Below, one piece after another: positions 1 to 8,747 of a stretch of DNA of 64,000 bases. The translations under genes and the position numbers were made by a program. The DNA is taken from assembly GCA_963819655.1 (NCBI GenBank), contig CAWFXA010000002.1, positions 320,001-384,000 on the forward strand, given 5' to 3'. This DNA is from an uncultured Chloroflexia bacterium. Lineage in GTDB: Bacteria > Chloroflexota > Limnocylindria > Limnocylindrales > CSP1-4. Every line of letters starts with the position of its first letter. Positions within the stretch are counted from its first letter, which is position 1. The notes under the pieces are model-generated. The model made no database searches, had not been told where the DNA came from, and saw nothing but the letters and a program-made list of their open reading frames with translations.

Positions 1-615
1 TCCGCACGCAGGCTCCAGTCGTCGGCCTTGGTCACCCGGCCGATGCCGAACAGAGCGCGGTCGCCCCAGGCCAGCGCGCGGACGGCGGTGGTGACGTCGT
101 CGGCGCGCAGGAACGCCAGGCGCTTGCGGTTCCTGGCGAGGTCGCGTGTCAGCGTCGCTGCGTCCTTGGCCAGGACGAGCCTGTCCCGATCGGACGGGCG
201 GTCGACGCCCGAGTGCGGCCAGGATCGCGTCCGCCTCGTCGCCGACGAGGGTAAGCGCGTCGTACCTGCTGCTGGAGCCGGCGAGGACGTCGGCGAGCTC
301 CTTGCGGTTGGTCGCCGTGGCTGTGCTCCGGAACTGGGTGACCGGCACGATGGCGGCCTGGACGATGCCCGGCGTCGGAGGCGGTGCGACGGTCGGCGAA
401 GCGGTGACCTCGGGAGTCGGCGCGGCGGTCGGACTGCCGGTCGCGGTGGCGACCGCGCCCCCGACGGGCGTGGCCGATGCGCGAGGAGGGACCGATGCGC
501 TGCCACCGAACCCGAGCTCGCCACCACTCATCGGCACTGCGATCCCGACCAGCAGGAGGCCGGCGATGACCAGCACGGGCAGCCGATTCAGCGAGGACCG
601 CTGCATGGCGGGCAT
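1..615 (-). CDS. Secreted/membrane-anchored protein, 3'-truncated by the window edge (possibly N-terminal part of a CapA-family protein); probable frameshift near 209
   Basis: Manual translation from ATG 615/606: MPAMQRSSLNRLPVLVIAGLLLVGIAVP (hydrophobic signal), Pro/Thr/Ala linker, then a protein-like frame LARNRKRLAFLRADDVTTAVRALAWGDRALFG after a 1-nt shift. Family guess is weak. Confidence 0.5.
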   Translation of the reverse strand, partial: MPAMQRSSLNRLPVLVIAGLLLVGIAVPMSGGELGFGGSASVPPRASATPVGGAVATATGSPTAAPTPEVTASPTVAPPPTPGIVQAAIVPVTQFRSTATATNRKELADVLAGSSSRYDALTLVGDEADAILAALGRRPPVRSGQARPGQGRSDADTRPRQEPQAPGVPARRRRHHRRPRAGLGRPRSVRHRPGDQGRRLEPACG

Positions 616-682
616 TCTGCCAGAGGCACAAGGAACGCCCCGTCCGGGCGGGCGGACGGGGCGTAGGGAGATTCGAGAGTGA

Positions 683-759
683 TGGCGGACCCGACCGGAT
701 TCGAACCGGCGATCTCCAGCGTGACAGGCTGGCATGTTGGGCCGCTACACCACGGGTCC
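683..759 (-). tRNA. tRNA-Asp (GTC)
   Basis: Reverse complement GGACCCGTGGTGTAGCGGCCCAACATGCCAGCCTGTCACGCTGGAGATCGCCGGTTCGAATCCGGTCGGGTCCGCCA: cloverleaf, CT-GTC-AC loop, TTCGAAT T-loop, encoded CCA. Confidence 0.97.
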
Positions 760-830
760 TGTTGCGGCGAGGCCGGACTATAGCAGAGGGACCATGCCTT
801 GTCAGACGTCCCGCCTATACTTCGCGGCCC

Positions 831-1979
831 ATGCCACACCGCGTGATCGACCTCCGGAGTGACACCGTTTCGCGACCCACCGACGCCATGCGGCGGGCGA
901 TGGCGACGGCCGAGGTCGGCGACGATGTCTTCGGCGACGACCCCACCGTCATCGCCCTCGAGGAGCGGGCCGCCGACCTGCTCGGCAAGGACGCGGGCCT
1001 GTTCGTGGCGACCGGCACGATGGGCAACCTCGTGTCGATGATGGCCCACCTGGCGCGCGGCCAGGAGGTCATCGCGGGTGGCGAGCACCACCTCGTGATC
1101 GACGAGGCCGCCGGCCATGCGGTCATCGTCGGCGCGAGCGCGCGATCGCTCCACGACCGCCCGGACGGGACGCTCGATCCGGCGGAGATCGACGCCGCCT
1201 TCCGCGATCCGAACGATGTCCACGAGCCGCTATCCGGTCTCGTCGCGCTGGAGAACACCCACGCCCACTCGATGGCGCGCCCGCTGACCCCCGCGTACCA
1301 GCGCGAGGTCGCAGCGATCGCTCAGCGTCATGGCGTGCCGCTCCATATCGACGGAGCCAGGTTCTGGAACTCCGTCGTCGCGCAGCGCGAGGAGGGTGTC
1401 TCGGCGCGGGAGCTCGCCGATCCGGCGGACTCGGTCACGTTCTGCCTTTCGAAGGGGCTCGGCTGTCCCGTCGGCTCGCTCGTCGTCGGGTCGCACGAGT
1501 TCATCGGTCGCGCGCGACGCGCACGCAAGATGGTCGGCGGCGGGATGCGCCAGGCCGGGGTCCTGGCCGCGCCCGGGCTGGTGGCTCTGGCGGACGGGCC
1601 GGCCGGCATGATCGACCGCCTCGCCGACGATCACGCGAACGCGCGCCGCCTGGCCGAGGCGCTCGCCGACATGGACGGCGTGTCGAGTCCGGGTCGCATC
1701 GCCCAGCCGGCACCCGGCCGCCTCGACCCCGGACGCGTGCTGACGAACTTCGTGCTGTTCAAGGTGGATCGCGATCGGCGCGGCTTCCTCGACCGCCTCG
1801 CAGCGCGGAACGTGCTGATGGTGGAATATGCACACGGTCAGGTGCGGGCCGTCACCCACCATGACATCTCGGCGGCGGATATCGACTCGGTCATCAGGGC
1901 TGCGCGCGAGGCCCTGGCAGACACGCGGCCGGTGACGCCCGTGGATGATTCCGCCGAGCGGATCCCGACAACGGCCTGA
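831..1979 (+). CDS. ltaE: Low-specificity L-threonine aldolase (PLP)
   Basis: IDLRSDT, VGDDVFGDDPT, TGTMGN, LENTH, HIDGAR and CLSKGLGCPVGS motifs. Confidence 0.92.
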   Translation: MPHRVIDLRSDTVSRPTDAMRRAMATAEVGDDVFGDDPTVIALEERAADLLGKDAGLFVATGTMGNLVSMMAHLARGQEVIAGGEHHLVIDEAAGHAVIVGASARSLHDRPDGTLDPAEIDAAFRDPNDVHEPLSGLVALENTHAHSMARPLTPAYQREVAAIAQRHGVPLHIDGARFWNSVVAQREEGVSARELADPADSVTFCLSKGLGCPVGSLVVGSHEFIGRARRARKMVGGGMRQAGVLAAPGLVALADGPAGMIDRLADDHANARRLAEALADMDGVSSPGRIAQPAPGRLDPGRVLTNFVLFKVDRDRRGFLDRLAARNVLMVEYAHGQVRAVTHHDISAADIDSVIRAAREALADTRPVTPVDDSAERIPTTA

Positions 1980-2045
1980 CCCAGCGAGCCTCATCGCGGA
2001 CCGGTCCACACCGCCGGCCGTGCAGCATCACCAGGAGCCTCCCGC

Positions 2046-3734
2046 TTGACCCTCTCGACCGACATGACCGGACCGGCGTTGCCCCGCCCGGCGCCTGCCG
2101 CGGATCGCGGCGCGCTCGACGACCGCTTCTACGACCTCGTCGAGGAACGCTTCCGCCGACTCATGCGCGACAACCCCGTCGCCGCGACGTACTTCGGGGT
2201 CCACGCCTACGACGACGAGCTCGGTGACGGGGGCCGCGAGACGCTCCTGGGCGAGATCGCCGCCGACCGGGAGCACCTGTCGACGATCGAGGGCCTGGAC
2301 CCGACCGGGCTGTCGGAGAGCGTCCGCTTCGAGCGCGACCTCGAGATCCACAACCTCCGGCGCTCGCTGTTCGAGGCGGACGAGCTGCGCGTCTGGGAGC
2401 GGCGCGCGCTGGCACTCGATACGATCGGCGACGGCCTCTTCCTGCTGTTCGTGCGTGACCACGCCCCCCTCGACGAGCGCCTCGACGCGATCGCCGGCCG
2501 TCTGGAAGCGATCCCGCGCTATCTCGAGGAGGCGCGTACGCGTTCGTCCGAGCCGCAGGTCCGGCTCTGGCAGCGGATCGAGATCGAGTCCGCCGGTCAG
2601 CTCCCGGCATTGTTCGACGAGCTCGTGGCGGCCGGCCGGGGCGTCGTCGGTGGTACCGAGTTTCGACGGCTGGAGCGAGCCGCCCAGGCCGGAACGGTCG
2701 CAGTCGACCTGTTCACGACCTGGCTCGAAGGCACGCTTGCCTCCGGCACGGACGACTGGGCGATCGGTCGCGAGCGGCACGACCGGATGGTCGCGCTCCG
2801 CGCGTTCGACGGCCTCGACGGCGACGAGATCCTCGAGCTCGGTCATCAGCGTCTCGCGGAGGAGCGCGCCGCGCGGAAAGCGGTCGCGCGCGAGATCGAC
2901 CCGGGAGCCGACGAAGCCGATGTCATCGAGCGCGTCAAGGCCGATCACGCGGCGACGTTCGCCGAGGCGCTCGAGGAGTACCAGGTCGCGATGCGTCGAG
3001 CCCGCGCCCACCTGATCGAGCGCTCGCTCGTCACAGTGCCCGACGACGAGCGGATCGATGTCCTCGAGACGCCCGAGTACCTGCGCAACGTCATCCCGTT
3101 CGCGGCGTACTTCTCGCCCGCCGCGTTCGACAAGGAGTCGAAAGGCATCTACGTCGTCACGCCGGCGGTCCACGGCAATGTGAACGCGCTGCGCGAGCAC
3201 AACCGCGCCGGCATCAGCAACACGAGCATCCACGAGGCGTACCCGGGTCATCACCTGCAGCTCGACGTCGGGCGCCGCCATCCGTCGCTGACGCGCCTCC
3301 TCGCCGACGCGCCGGAATTCGTCGAGGGCTGGGGGATGTACTCGGAGCTGATGATGCGCGAGCACGGCTTCGACGACGCGCCGCAATACCGACTCATCCT
3401 CCACACCGACGCGATCTGGCGGGCGTGCCGGATCATCCTCGACGTGCGCCTGCACCGCGGCGAGCTGTCGGTCGACGAAGGCGTCGACTTCCTCGTGGAG
3501 CAGACCCGCTTCGAGCGCGACAACGCCCGCTCCGAGGTCGAGTGGTACACGTACCGGCCGACCTATCCCCTGTCGTACCTCCTCGGCCGGACACTGCTCC
3601 TCGAGCTCCGCGCCGGCGAGCAGCGACGGCTCGGCGACGCCTTTTCGCTGCGGGCCTTCCACGACACCCTGCTCCGCAACGGGTCGCTGCCGATCAGCTT
3701 CCATCGCCGCCTGCTGGCAGGCGGGGGCGCCTGA
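2046..3734 (+). CDS. DUF885 family protein (metallopeptidase-like)
   Basis: HEAYPGHHLQ, EGWGMYSE, WRACRIILDVRLH and YPLSYLLG motifs. Confidence 0.88.
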   Translation: MTLSTDMTGPALPRPAPAADRGALDDRFYDLVEERFRRLMRDNPVAATYFGVHAYDDELGDGGRETLLGEIAADREHLSTIEGLDPTGLSESVRFERDLEIHNLRRSLFEADELRVWERRALALDTIGDGLFLLFVRDHAPLDERLDAIAGRLEAIPRYLEEARTRSSEPQVRLWQRIEIESAGQLPALFDELVAAGRGVVGGTEFRRLERAAQAGTVAVDLFTTWLEGTLASGTDDWAIGRERHDRMVALRAFDGLDGDEILELGHQRLAEERAARKAVAREIDPGADEADVIERVKADHAATFAEALEEYQVAMRRARAHLIERSLVTVPDDERIDVLETPEYLRNVIPFAAYFSPAAFDKESKGIYVVTPAVHGNVNALREHNRAGISNTSIHEAYPGHHLQLDVGRRHPSLTRLLADAPEFVEGWGMYSELMMREHGFDDAPQYRLILHTDAIWRACRIILDVRLHRGELSVDEGVDFLVEQTRFERDNARSEVEWYTYRPTYPLSYLLGRTLLLELRAGEQRRLGDAFSLRAFHDTLLRNGSLPISFHRRLLAGGGA

Positions 3735-3738
3735 GCGG

Positions 3739-4440
3739 GTGCTAGTCATCCCGTCGCTCGACCTCGAGGGAGGCCGGTCGCGAGTCGTGTACTGGCCGGG
3801 TGCGTCGGCCGGGATCGGGGCCCCGACGGATCGGCCCGATCGCATCGTCGAGCGCCTCGTGGCCGAAGGCGCGACCCTGGTCCAGCTGATCGATTTCGAC
3901 GGCGCGCGCACCGGCTCGCCAGCCAATCTCGACGCCGTCGGCGCCGTCGCGTCCCGTTCGGCCGTGCCGTTGCAGCTCGCCGGTGGCCTCGACTCGGCCG
4001 AGGCGATCCAGCTCGCGTTCGCGGCTGGTGCGACGCGGGTCGTGCTGACGACGGCGATCTCCGATCGGCCCGACGACCTGCGGGCCTGCCTCGCGGTCGC
4101 CGGCGACTGGCTGGCGGTCGGGCTGGACCCACGACCGGAGCGGTTGGCCGCGTTTCCCTGGCGACGGCCGGCCCCGCCGACGGTCGAGACGCTGGTCGGT
4201 GAGCTCATCGGCGCCGGTGTGTCCCGGTTCGTCCTCGCGCACGGCGGGACGCAGCCGGACCTCGAGCGGGTGCGATCGGTCGTTCGGTCGTACGATGCCG
4301 AGGTCCTCGTCGCCGGCGGGGTGCGCGACCTGGACAGCCTCCTTCGTTTGCGCGACACCGGCGTCGCCGGCGTCATCCTCGGGGAGGCGCTCCTCTCCGG
4401 TGCCATTGATCTTCCCGCCGCCCTGGAGGCAGCCGCATGA
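3739..4440 (+). CDS. HisA/HisF-family TIM-barrel protein (divergent HisA-like)
   Basis: VIPSLDL, LIDFDGA, LQLAGGL, VGLD, VAGGVRD and GVILGEAL match the HisA fold. Confidence 0.75.
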   Translation: MLVIPSLDLEGGRSRVVYWPGASAGIGAPTDRPDRIVERLVAEGATLVQLIDFDGARTGSPANLDAVGAVASRSAVPLQLAGGLDSAEAIQLAFAAGATRVVLTTAISDRPDDLRACLAVAGDWLAVGLDPRPERLAAFPWRRPAPPTVETLVGELIGAGVSRFVLAHGGTQPDLERVRSVVRSYDAEVLVAGGVRDLDSLLRLRDTGVAGVILGEALLSGAIDLPAALEAAA

Positions 4441-5054
4441 CCCACCGCTGGTCGACCACAGCCCGGCTCATTGCCGCCGTCGCGCTCCTCGTGCTCGGCT
4501 GCACCGCGACTCCCGGTGCCGGCGGCCCCGCAGCGTCGCCCGGGGCAGCCTGCCCGACGGCGCAGCCTGCGGCGCTGCCGGCTGGCGAGACGCGGACCGT
4601 TACGGTCGATACGTCGCTCGGGTCGATGACCCTCAAGATCGAGGCCGACCTCTCGCCGATCGCGGCCGGCAACTTCGTCGCGCTCGCCAGTTGCGGCTAT
4701 TACGACGGCGCCGTGTTCCACCGCGTCGTGGACGGCTTCGTGATCCAAGGTGGAGACCATGTCGACGGCGACGGCCCCGGCTACACGATCAAGGACGAGC
4801 CGGTCACAGCCCAGTACGGGCGCGGTGTGATGGCGATGGCCCGCACGAGCCAGCCCGACTCGGTCGGTGCCCAGTTCTTCATCGTCACCGACGACGCCGC
4901 TCGCGAGGCGCTCGCCTTCTACAACACCTACCAGATCGTCGGCCACGTCACGGTCGGCATGGAGACCGCCGACGCGATCACGGCTGCCGCAGCCGGGGTC
5001 GAGCTGCCCGCCGACCCAGTCGAGATGACCAGGGTCACGGTCGCCAACCCCTGA
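4437..5054 (+). CDS. Cyclophilin-type peptidyl-prolyl isomerase, lipoprotein
   Basis: Lipobox VLGC; FHRVVDGFVIQGGD, GPGYTIKDE, AMAR and QFFI motifs. Confidence 0.88.
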   Translation: MTHRWSTTARLIAAVALLVLGCTATPGAGGPAASPGAACPTAQPAALPAGETRTVTVDTSLGSMTLKIEADLSPIAAGNFVALASCGYYDGAVFHRVVDGFVIQGGDHVDGDGPGYTIKDEPVTAQYGRGVMAMARTSQPDSVGAQFFIVTDDAAREALAFYNTYQIVGHVTVGMETADAITAAAAGVELPADPVEMTRVTVANP

Positions 5055-5079
5055 CCCAGCACAAGGAAGGAGCTTGCCC

Positions 5080-5577
5080 ATGACCCGCGCCACGATCGCG
5101 ACCGACATCGGCGACATCGATATCGAGCTATACGACGAGTCCGCCCCGAAGGCTGCCAAGAATTTCATCGAGCTCGCCAACAAGGGCTTCTACGACGACG
5201 TGATCTTCCATCGCGTCATCCCGGGCTTCGTCATCCAGGGCGGCGACGGTCAGTACGGCAAGAAGTCGTCGCTCGAGCGCGGCCGCGTCGGGACCGGCGG
5301 GCCTGGCTACAAGTTCGAGGATGAGCCGGTCAAGGGCGACTACCAGCGCGGCTCGCTGGCCATGGCTAACTCAGGCCCCAACACCAACGGCAGCCAGTTC
5401 TTCATCTGCACCGACGACCTGAGCGGGCGCCTGCCGAAGAACTACACCCTGTTCGGCGTCGTGACGAAGGGCCTCGACGTAGTCGACAAGATCGTGTCCG
5501 CCCCGCGGGACGCGCGCGACCTCCCGAACGAGCCGGTCGCGATGACCTCGGTGACGATCCACCCCGATCAGGGCTGA
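5080..5577 (+). CDS. Cyclophilin-type peptidyl-prolyl isomerase, cytoplasmic
   Basis: FHRVIPGFVIQGGD, GTGGPGYKFEDE, LAMANSGPNTNGSQFFI; RBS AAGGAG upstream. Confidence 0.93.
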   Translation: MTRATIATDIGDIDIELYDESAPKAAKNFIELANKGFYDDVIFHRVIPGFVIQGGDGQYGKKSSLERGRVGTGGPGYKFEDEPVKGDYQRGSLAMANSGPNTNGSQFFICTDDLSGRLPKNYTLFGVVTKGLDVVDKIVSAPRDARDLPNEPVAMTSVTIHPDQG

Positions 5578-7028
5578 CCCCGGCGCGTCGCGCGCGCTTC
5601 GTCGACGGCCGCAAGGATCGCGTCGGCCGATCGGTCGATATCTGATTCGCGCGTGTTCCAACCCGACACCGAGATCCGGATCGTCGGGGTGCCGTGGAAC
5701 GTCGATCCGCCCAGCCACAGCGTGCCGTCGGCCTGGACGCGGGCGACGACGTCGGACGTCAGCGCCGCATCGCCGACGCCGACGAGGACCTGATTGAGCA
5801 CGACCTCATTCAGGATCCGGACGTCGGGGTGGTCGGCCAGTCGCCTGGCCATCCGCGACGCCAGGTCGCAGCAGCGCTCCACCATAGCGGCGATCCCGCT
5901 CGCGCCGAGCGATCGGATCGCGGCGTACATCGGGAATGCCCGGGCGCGCTTGGACATCTCCGGGACGTAATCGAACGGATCGCGCTCGCTGCCGGGCGCC
6001 GGGGGCAGGTAGGCGGCGGCGACACCCATCGCGGCCCGGTGCGCGGCAGCGTCGCGCACGAAGACGACGCCCGAGTCGTACGGCACGTTCAGCCACTTGT
6101 GGGCATCGGTCGCCCACGAATCGGCCCCGTCGTGGCCGCTCGCGAGGTGACTCAGCCGTGGGCTGGCGGCTGCCCACAGCCCGAACGCCCCATCGACGTG
6201 AAGCCAGACGTTGGGGTGCTGGCGGACCACCGCGACGATGCGCTCGATCGGGTCGAACGCGCCCGTGTTCACCTCGCCGAGCTGGGCACAGACGATGGTC
6301 GGGTCGGATCTCCCCTGCAGGGCATCAGCCAGGGCGTCCGGATCCATGCGGCCCTCGTCGTCGCTCGGGATCCGCTCGGCGCGGCCTCGCCCGAGTCCCA
6401 CGTAGCGGAGGCCGTTCGTGATTGCGACATGGACGTCGGCCCCGACGATGACGCGGATGGGCGGCGCGTCGATGAGCCCCGACTCCTCGACGTCCCAACC
6501 CGCATTCCGCAGGACCGCATGGCGGGCGGCGGCAAGGGCGGTGAAGTTGGCCATCGTGGCACCGCTCACGAAGCCGACCGTGGTCCCGTTCGGGAGTCCG
6601 AGCAGCTCGACGAGCCAGTCGGCGACGATCTCCTCGACCACGGCCGCGCTCGGCGTCGCGAGATACAGGCCGACGTTCTGGTCCCAGGCGGACGTCAGCC
6701 AATCGGCCGCGAGGGCCGCCGGCACGGAGCCGCCGATCACGAGGCCGAAATAACGAGGTCCGCTCATCGCGATGAGCCCTGGTTCCACCCCCGCCGCCAG
6801 GTCATCGATGACGTCGCGGGCAGCGGTGCCCCCCTGCGGCAGCGCGCCACCGAGGCGCGAGCGCAGATCGTCGGCCGTCAGCTCGGGCGGAACGCCGACG
6901 CGGCGATCGGGCAGCGACGAGCGGTAATCGATCGCCAGCTCGGCCGCGTGCCGGAGAAGGTCCGATGTCCCGGCGTCGGGGTCGGCCTCGATCATGGTCG
7001 CAGTCGGCTCGTCTGCGTTCGTGGTCAT
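5568..7028 (-). CDS. PLP-dependent group II (aromatic amino acid/glutamate-type) decarboxylase
   Basis: GPRYFGLVIGG, WLHVDGAFGLW, DAHKWLNVPYDSG. Confidence 0.88.
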   Translation of the reverse strand: MTTNADEPTATMIEADPDAGTSDLLRHAAELAIDYRSSLPDRRVGVPPELTADDLRSRLGGALPQGGTAARDVIDDLAAGVEPGLIAMSGPRYFGLVIGGSVPAALAADWLTSAWDQNVGLYLATPSAAVVEEIVADWLVELLGLPNGTTVGFVSGATMANFTALAAARHAVLRNAGWDVEESGLIDAPPIRVIVGADVHVAITNGLRYVGLGRGRAERIPSDDEGRMDPDALADALQGRSDPTIVCAQLGEVNTGAFDPIERIVAVVRQHPNVWLHVDGAFGLWAAASPRLSHLASGHDGADSWATDAHKWLNVPYDSGVVFVRDAAAHRAAMGVAAAYLPPAPGSERDPFDYVPEMSKRARAFPMYAAIRSLGASGIAAMVERCCDLASRMARRLADHPDVRILNEVVLNQVLVGVGDAALTSDVVARVQADGTLWLGGSTFHGTPTIRISVSGWNTRESDIDRSADAILAAVDEARATRRGQP

Positions 7029-7115
7029 GCCCCTGAAACCTCCCGAAACCGCACCTGGGACCCCTCCGCCCGCACGAAGGTTAAGGAATTTACACAGTTC
7101 CGTATGCCAAAAAGG

Positions 7116-7144
7116 TTGGAAAACGGCCCCTTGAGAGGTAGGAT
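7116..7144 (+). promoter_or_regulatory. Sigma70-type promoter TTGGAA-17 bp-TAGGAT with AT-rich upstream tract
   Basis: TTGGAA 7116-7121, 17-bp spacer, TAGGAT 7139-7144; 7080-7115 is markedly AT-rich for this genome. Confidence 0.6.
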
Positions 7145-7150
7145 ATAGAA

Positions 7151-7324
7151 GCTGCTAAGTCAGCCAAGCTGCCCCAGCGCCAAGGTCATGGGTAGGTAGG
7201 GTCAGGGTAGTCGGTACAGCCGACGTGATAGATGCTCTTGGCGCGTGGCAGAAGTGTCCGCTTCGGCGGACTCTTTCACCGGGACAGCATCGAGGCGGCT
7301 CCTTCGGGAGCCGCCTCGTGTTTT
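7151..7324 (+). ncRNA. Candidate structured small RNA (~175 nt; 6S-like size, unassigned)
   Basis: Lies between a promoter and an intrinsic terminator with no credible ORF; long stem CTGCC/GCGCCAAG (7169-7184) pairs with CTTGGCGC/GGCAG (7237-7251); cUUCGg hairpin 7256-7271. Confidence 0.55.
7291..7324 (+). terminator. Intrinsic terminator
   Basis: 12-bp stem CGAGGCGGCTCC-TTCG-GGAGCCGCCTCG followed by TGTTTT. Confidence 0.85.
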
Positions 7325-7397
7325 AGCGCGGGCGCTGTCGATCCGCCGATGACCGCGTTGCCACTTGCCTGGTTCTCCGGCGAAGGATCTGCCATCT

Positions 7398-7460
7398 ACA
7401 TGCTACTTGACAGTAGCGTGTTTCTCCCGCAAGATACGTGCTACCGGTAGATAGCACGTA
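7398..7460. promoter_or_regulatory. Two related palindromic operators overlapping a TTGACA -35 box
   Basis: ACATGCTACT-TGAC-AGTAGCGTGT (7398-7421) and TACGTGCTA-N8-TAGCACGTA (7435-7460). Confidence 0.55.
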
Positions 7461-7486
7461 CCGGTCTTGCGACAGGGAGACATCCG

Positions 7487-7894
7487 ATGGCCGTCTTCAC
7501 CACTCACCGACACCGCGGAACCCAGCCCTTCACGGTCGTCCTGCGGGCCGCGATCGTCGGCCTGACGCTTGCCACCGCTGCGATCCATGCAACGCTCGGC
7601 GGCACGCTGTTCCTCATGAACGCCGTGGGCTACACGGCGCTCGCGATCGCACTGATGGTGCCGGGGCCGCTGGCGCGGATCCGCTGGCTGACCCGCTGGG
7701 CGCTCGTCGGCTTCACCGCCGTGACAGTCGGCGGCTGGCTGATGTTCGGGGCTCGTTTCGACCTCGCGTATCTCGACAAAGGCATCGAACTGGCGCTCAT
7801 CGGCCTGCTCCTCCTCGAGTCGTGGATCGTCGATGGCGGTCCTCTCGGCGCAGTCCGCCGGGCGCGCCGGATCGCGGACTCGATCCTCGGCTGA
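7487..7894 (+). CDS. Hypothetical small integral membrane protein (about 4 TM)
   Basis: RBS GGGAGA; hydrophobic segments; codon style consistent with neighbours. Confidence 0.75.
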   Translation: MAVFTTHRHRGTQPFTVVLRAAIVGLTLATAAIHATLGGTLFLMNAVGYTALAIALMVPGPLARIRWLTRWALVGFTAVTVGGWLMFGARFDLAYLDKGIELALIGLLLLESWIVDGGPLGAVRRARRIADSILG

Positions 7895-7955
7895 AACAGA
7901 GGCAAGCAAAGCGAACGGCCGGTGAGCCTGAGGCTCGGCGGCCGTTCAACACTGC

Positions 7956-8456
7956 CTAGAGAGCGGCCTGTAGCTCCTCGGCCAGGCGCTCCGCCGCGAC
8001 GTCGATCGCGGCACGGAGGTCGGACGTGGTCGATGGGCTCGCCCACCCGATGGCGATGCGGACCAGCTCGGACGCGCCGAGCTGGTATTCACACGCCGCT
8101 CGGACGCGCTCGACGATGTTGATGGCCGCGATCTCGTCGGTCTCGGTCAGCAGGATCGCGAACCGGGTGCGACCGATCCTCGCGATGTGATCGCTCGACC
8201 GAAGCTCGACGGCGAGGGTCCTGGCGAGCTGCGTGAAGAGACGCTCGGAGACGTCGACGCCCCATCGCCGTGCATGGACGTCCAGGCCGGCGAACTCGAT
8301 CAGGACGACGGTCGCGGGCCGCGCATAGCGGTTGACGCGGGCGACCTCGCTCGAGATGACCCGGTCCCACAGGCGCGGCCCGTCGGTCCCGGTGAGCGCG
8401 TCGTTCCAGCCGGACGGGACCGAGGGCAGCAATCTGCCATCGGTCCCGCCGTCCAT
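7956..8456 (-). CDS. Stand-alone degenerate GGDEF-domain protein
   Basis: DALTG start motif; LRSSDHIARIGRTRFAILL replaces RxxDxxxRxGGDEF. Confidence 0.8.
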   Translation of the reverse strand: MDGGTDGRLLPSVPSGWNDALTGTDGPRLWDRVISSEVARVNRYARPATVVLIEFAGLDVHARRWGVDVSERLFTQLARTLAVELRSSDHIARIGRTRFAILLTETDEIAAINIVERVRAACEYQLGASELVRIAIGWASPSTTSDLRAAIDVAAERLAEELQAAL

Positions 8457-8747
8457 GATCTCGACCTCGTTCTGACGCGGGTCGTTGTGCACGCGGTCTC
8501 CAGTCGCCGCCGCGGGGCGCGTCGGACGTATGGATGGTCGCTCCGCGAGCCAGCCGCTGACTCGTCCCGATTGGTACCGCCCGCGACGGCGAAGGTCCGG
8601 GGCCGAGAGAGGGGGTTGGTGCGGAACTTGTTCCTCGCTCTCCACCGAGGCTCTTTGGCATGGTTGCGCTCGCGGCCACGCCGCGAACTCTCACGGTTGT
8701 CCCGGAGGCGGTCGAGCCCAAGGCCTGACGCGCCGGGTCGACGGCCC

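Noticed and set aside
2028-5183. 1051-aa minus-strand ORF and many other long overlapping ORFs
   Set aside because: Antisense shadows of well-supported genes, expected at this GC content; no recognisable motifs.
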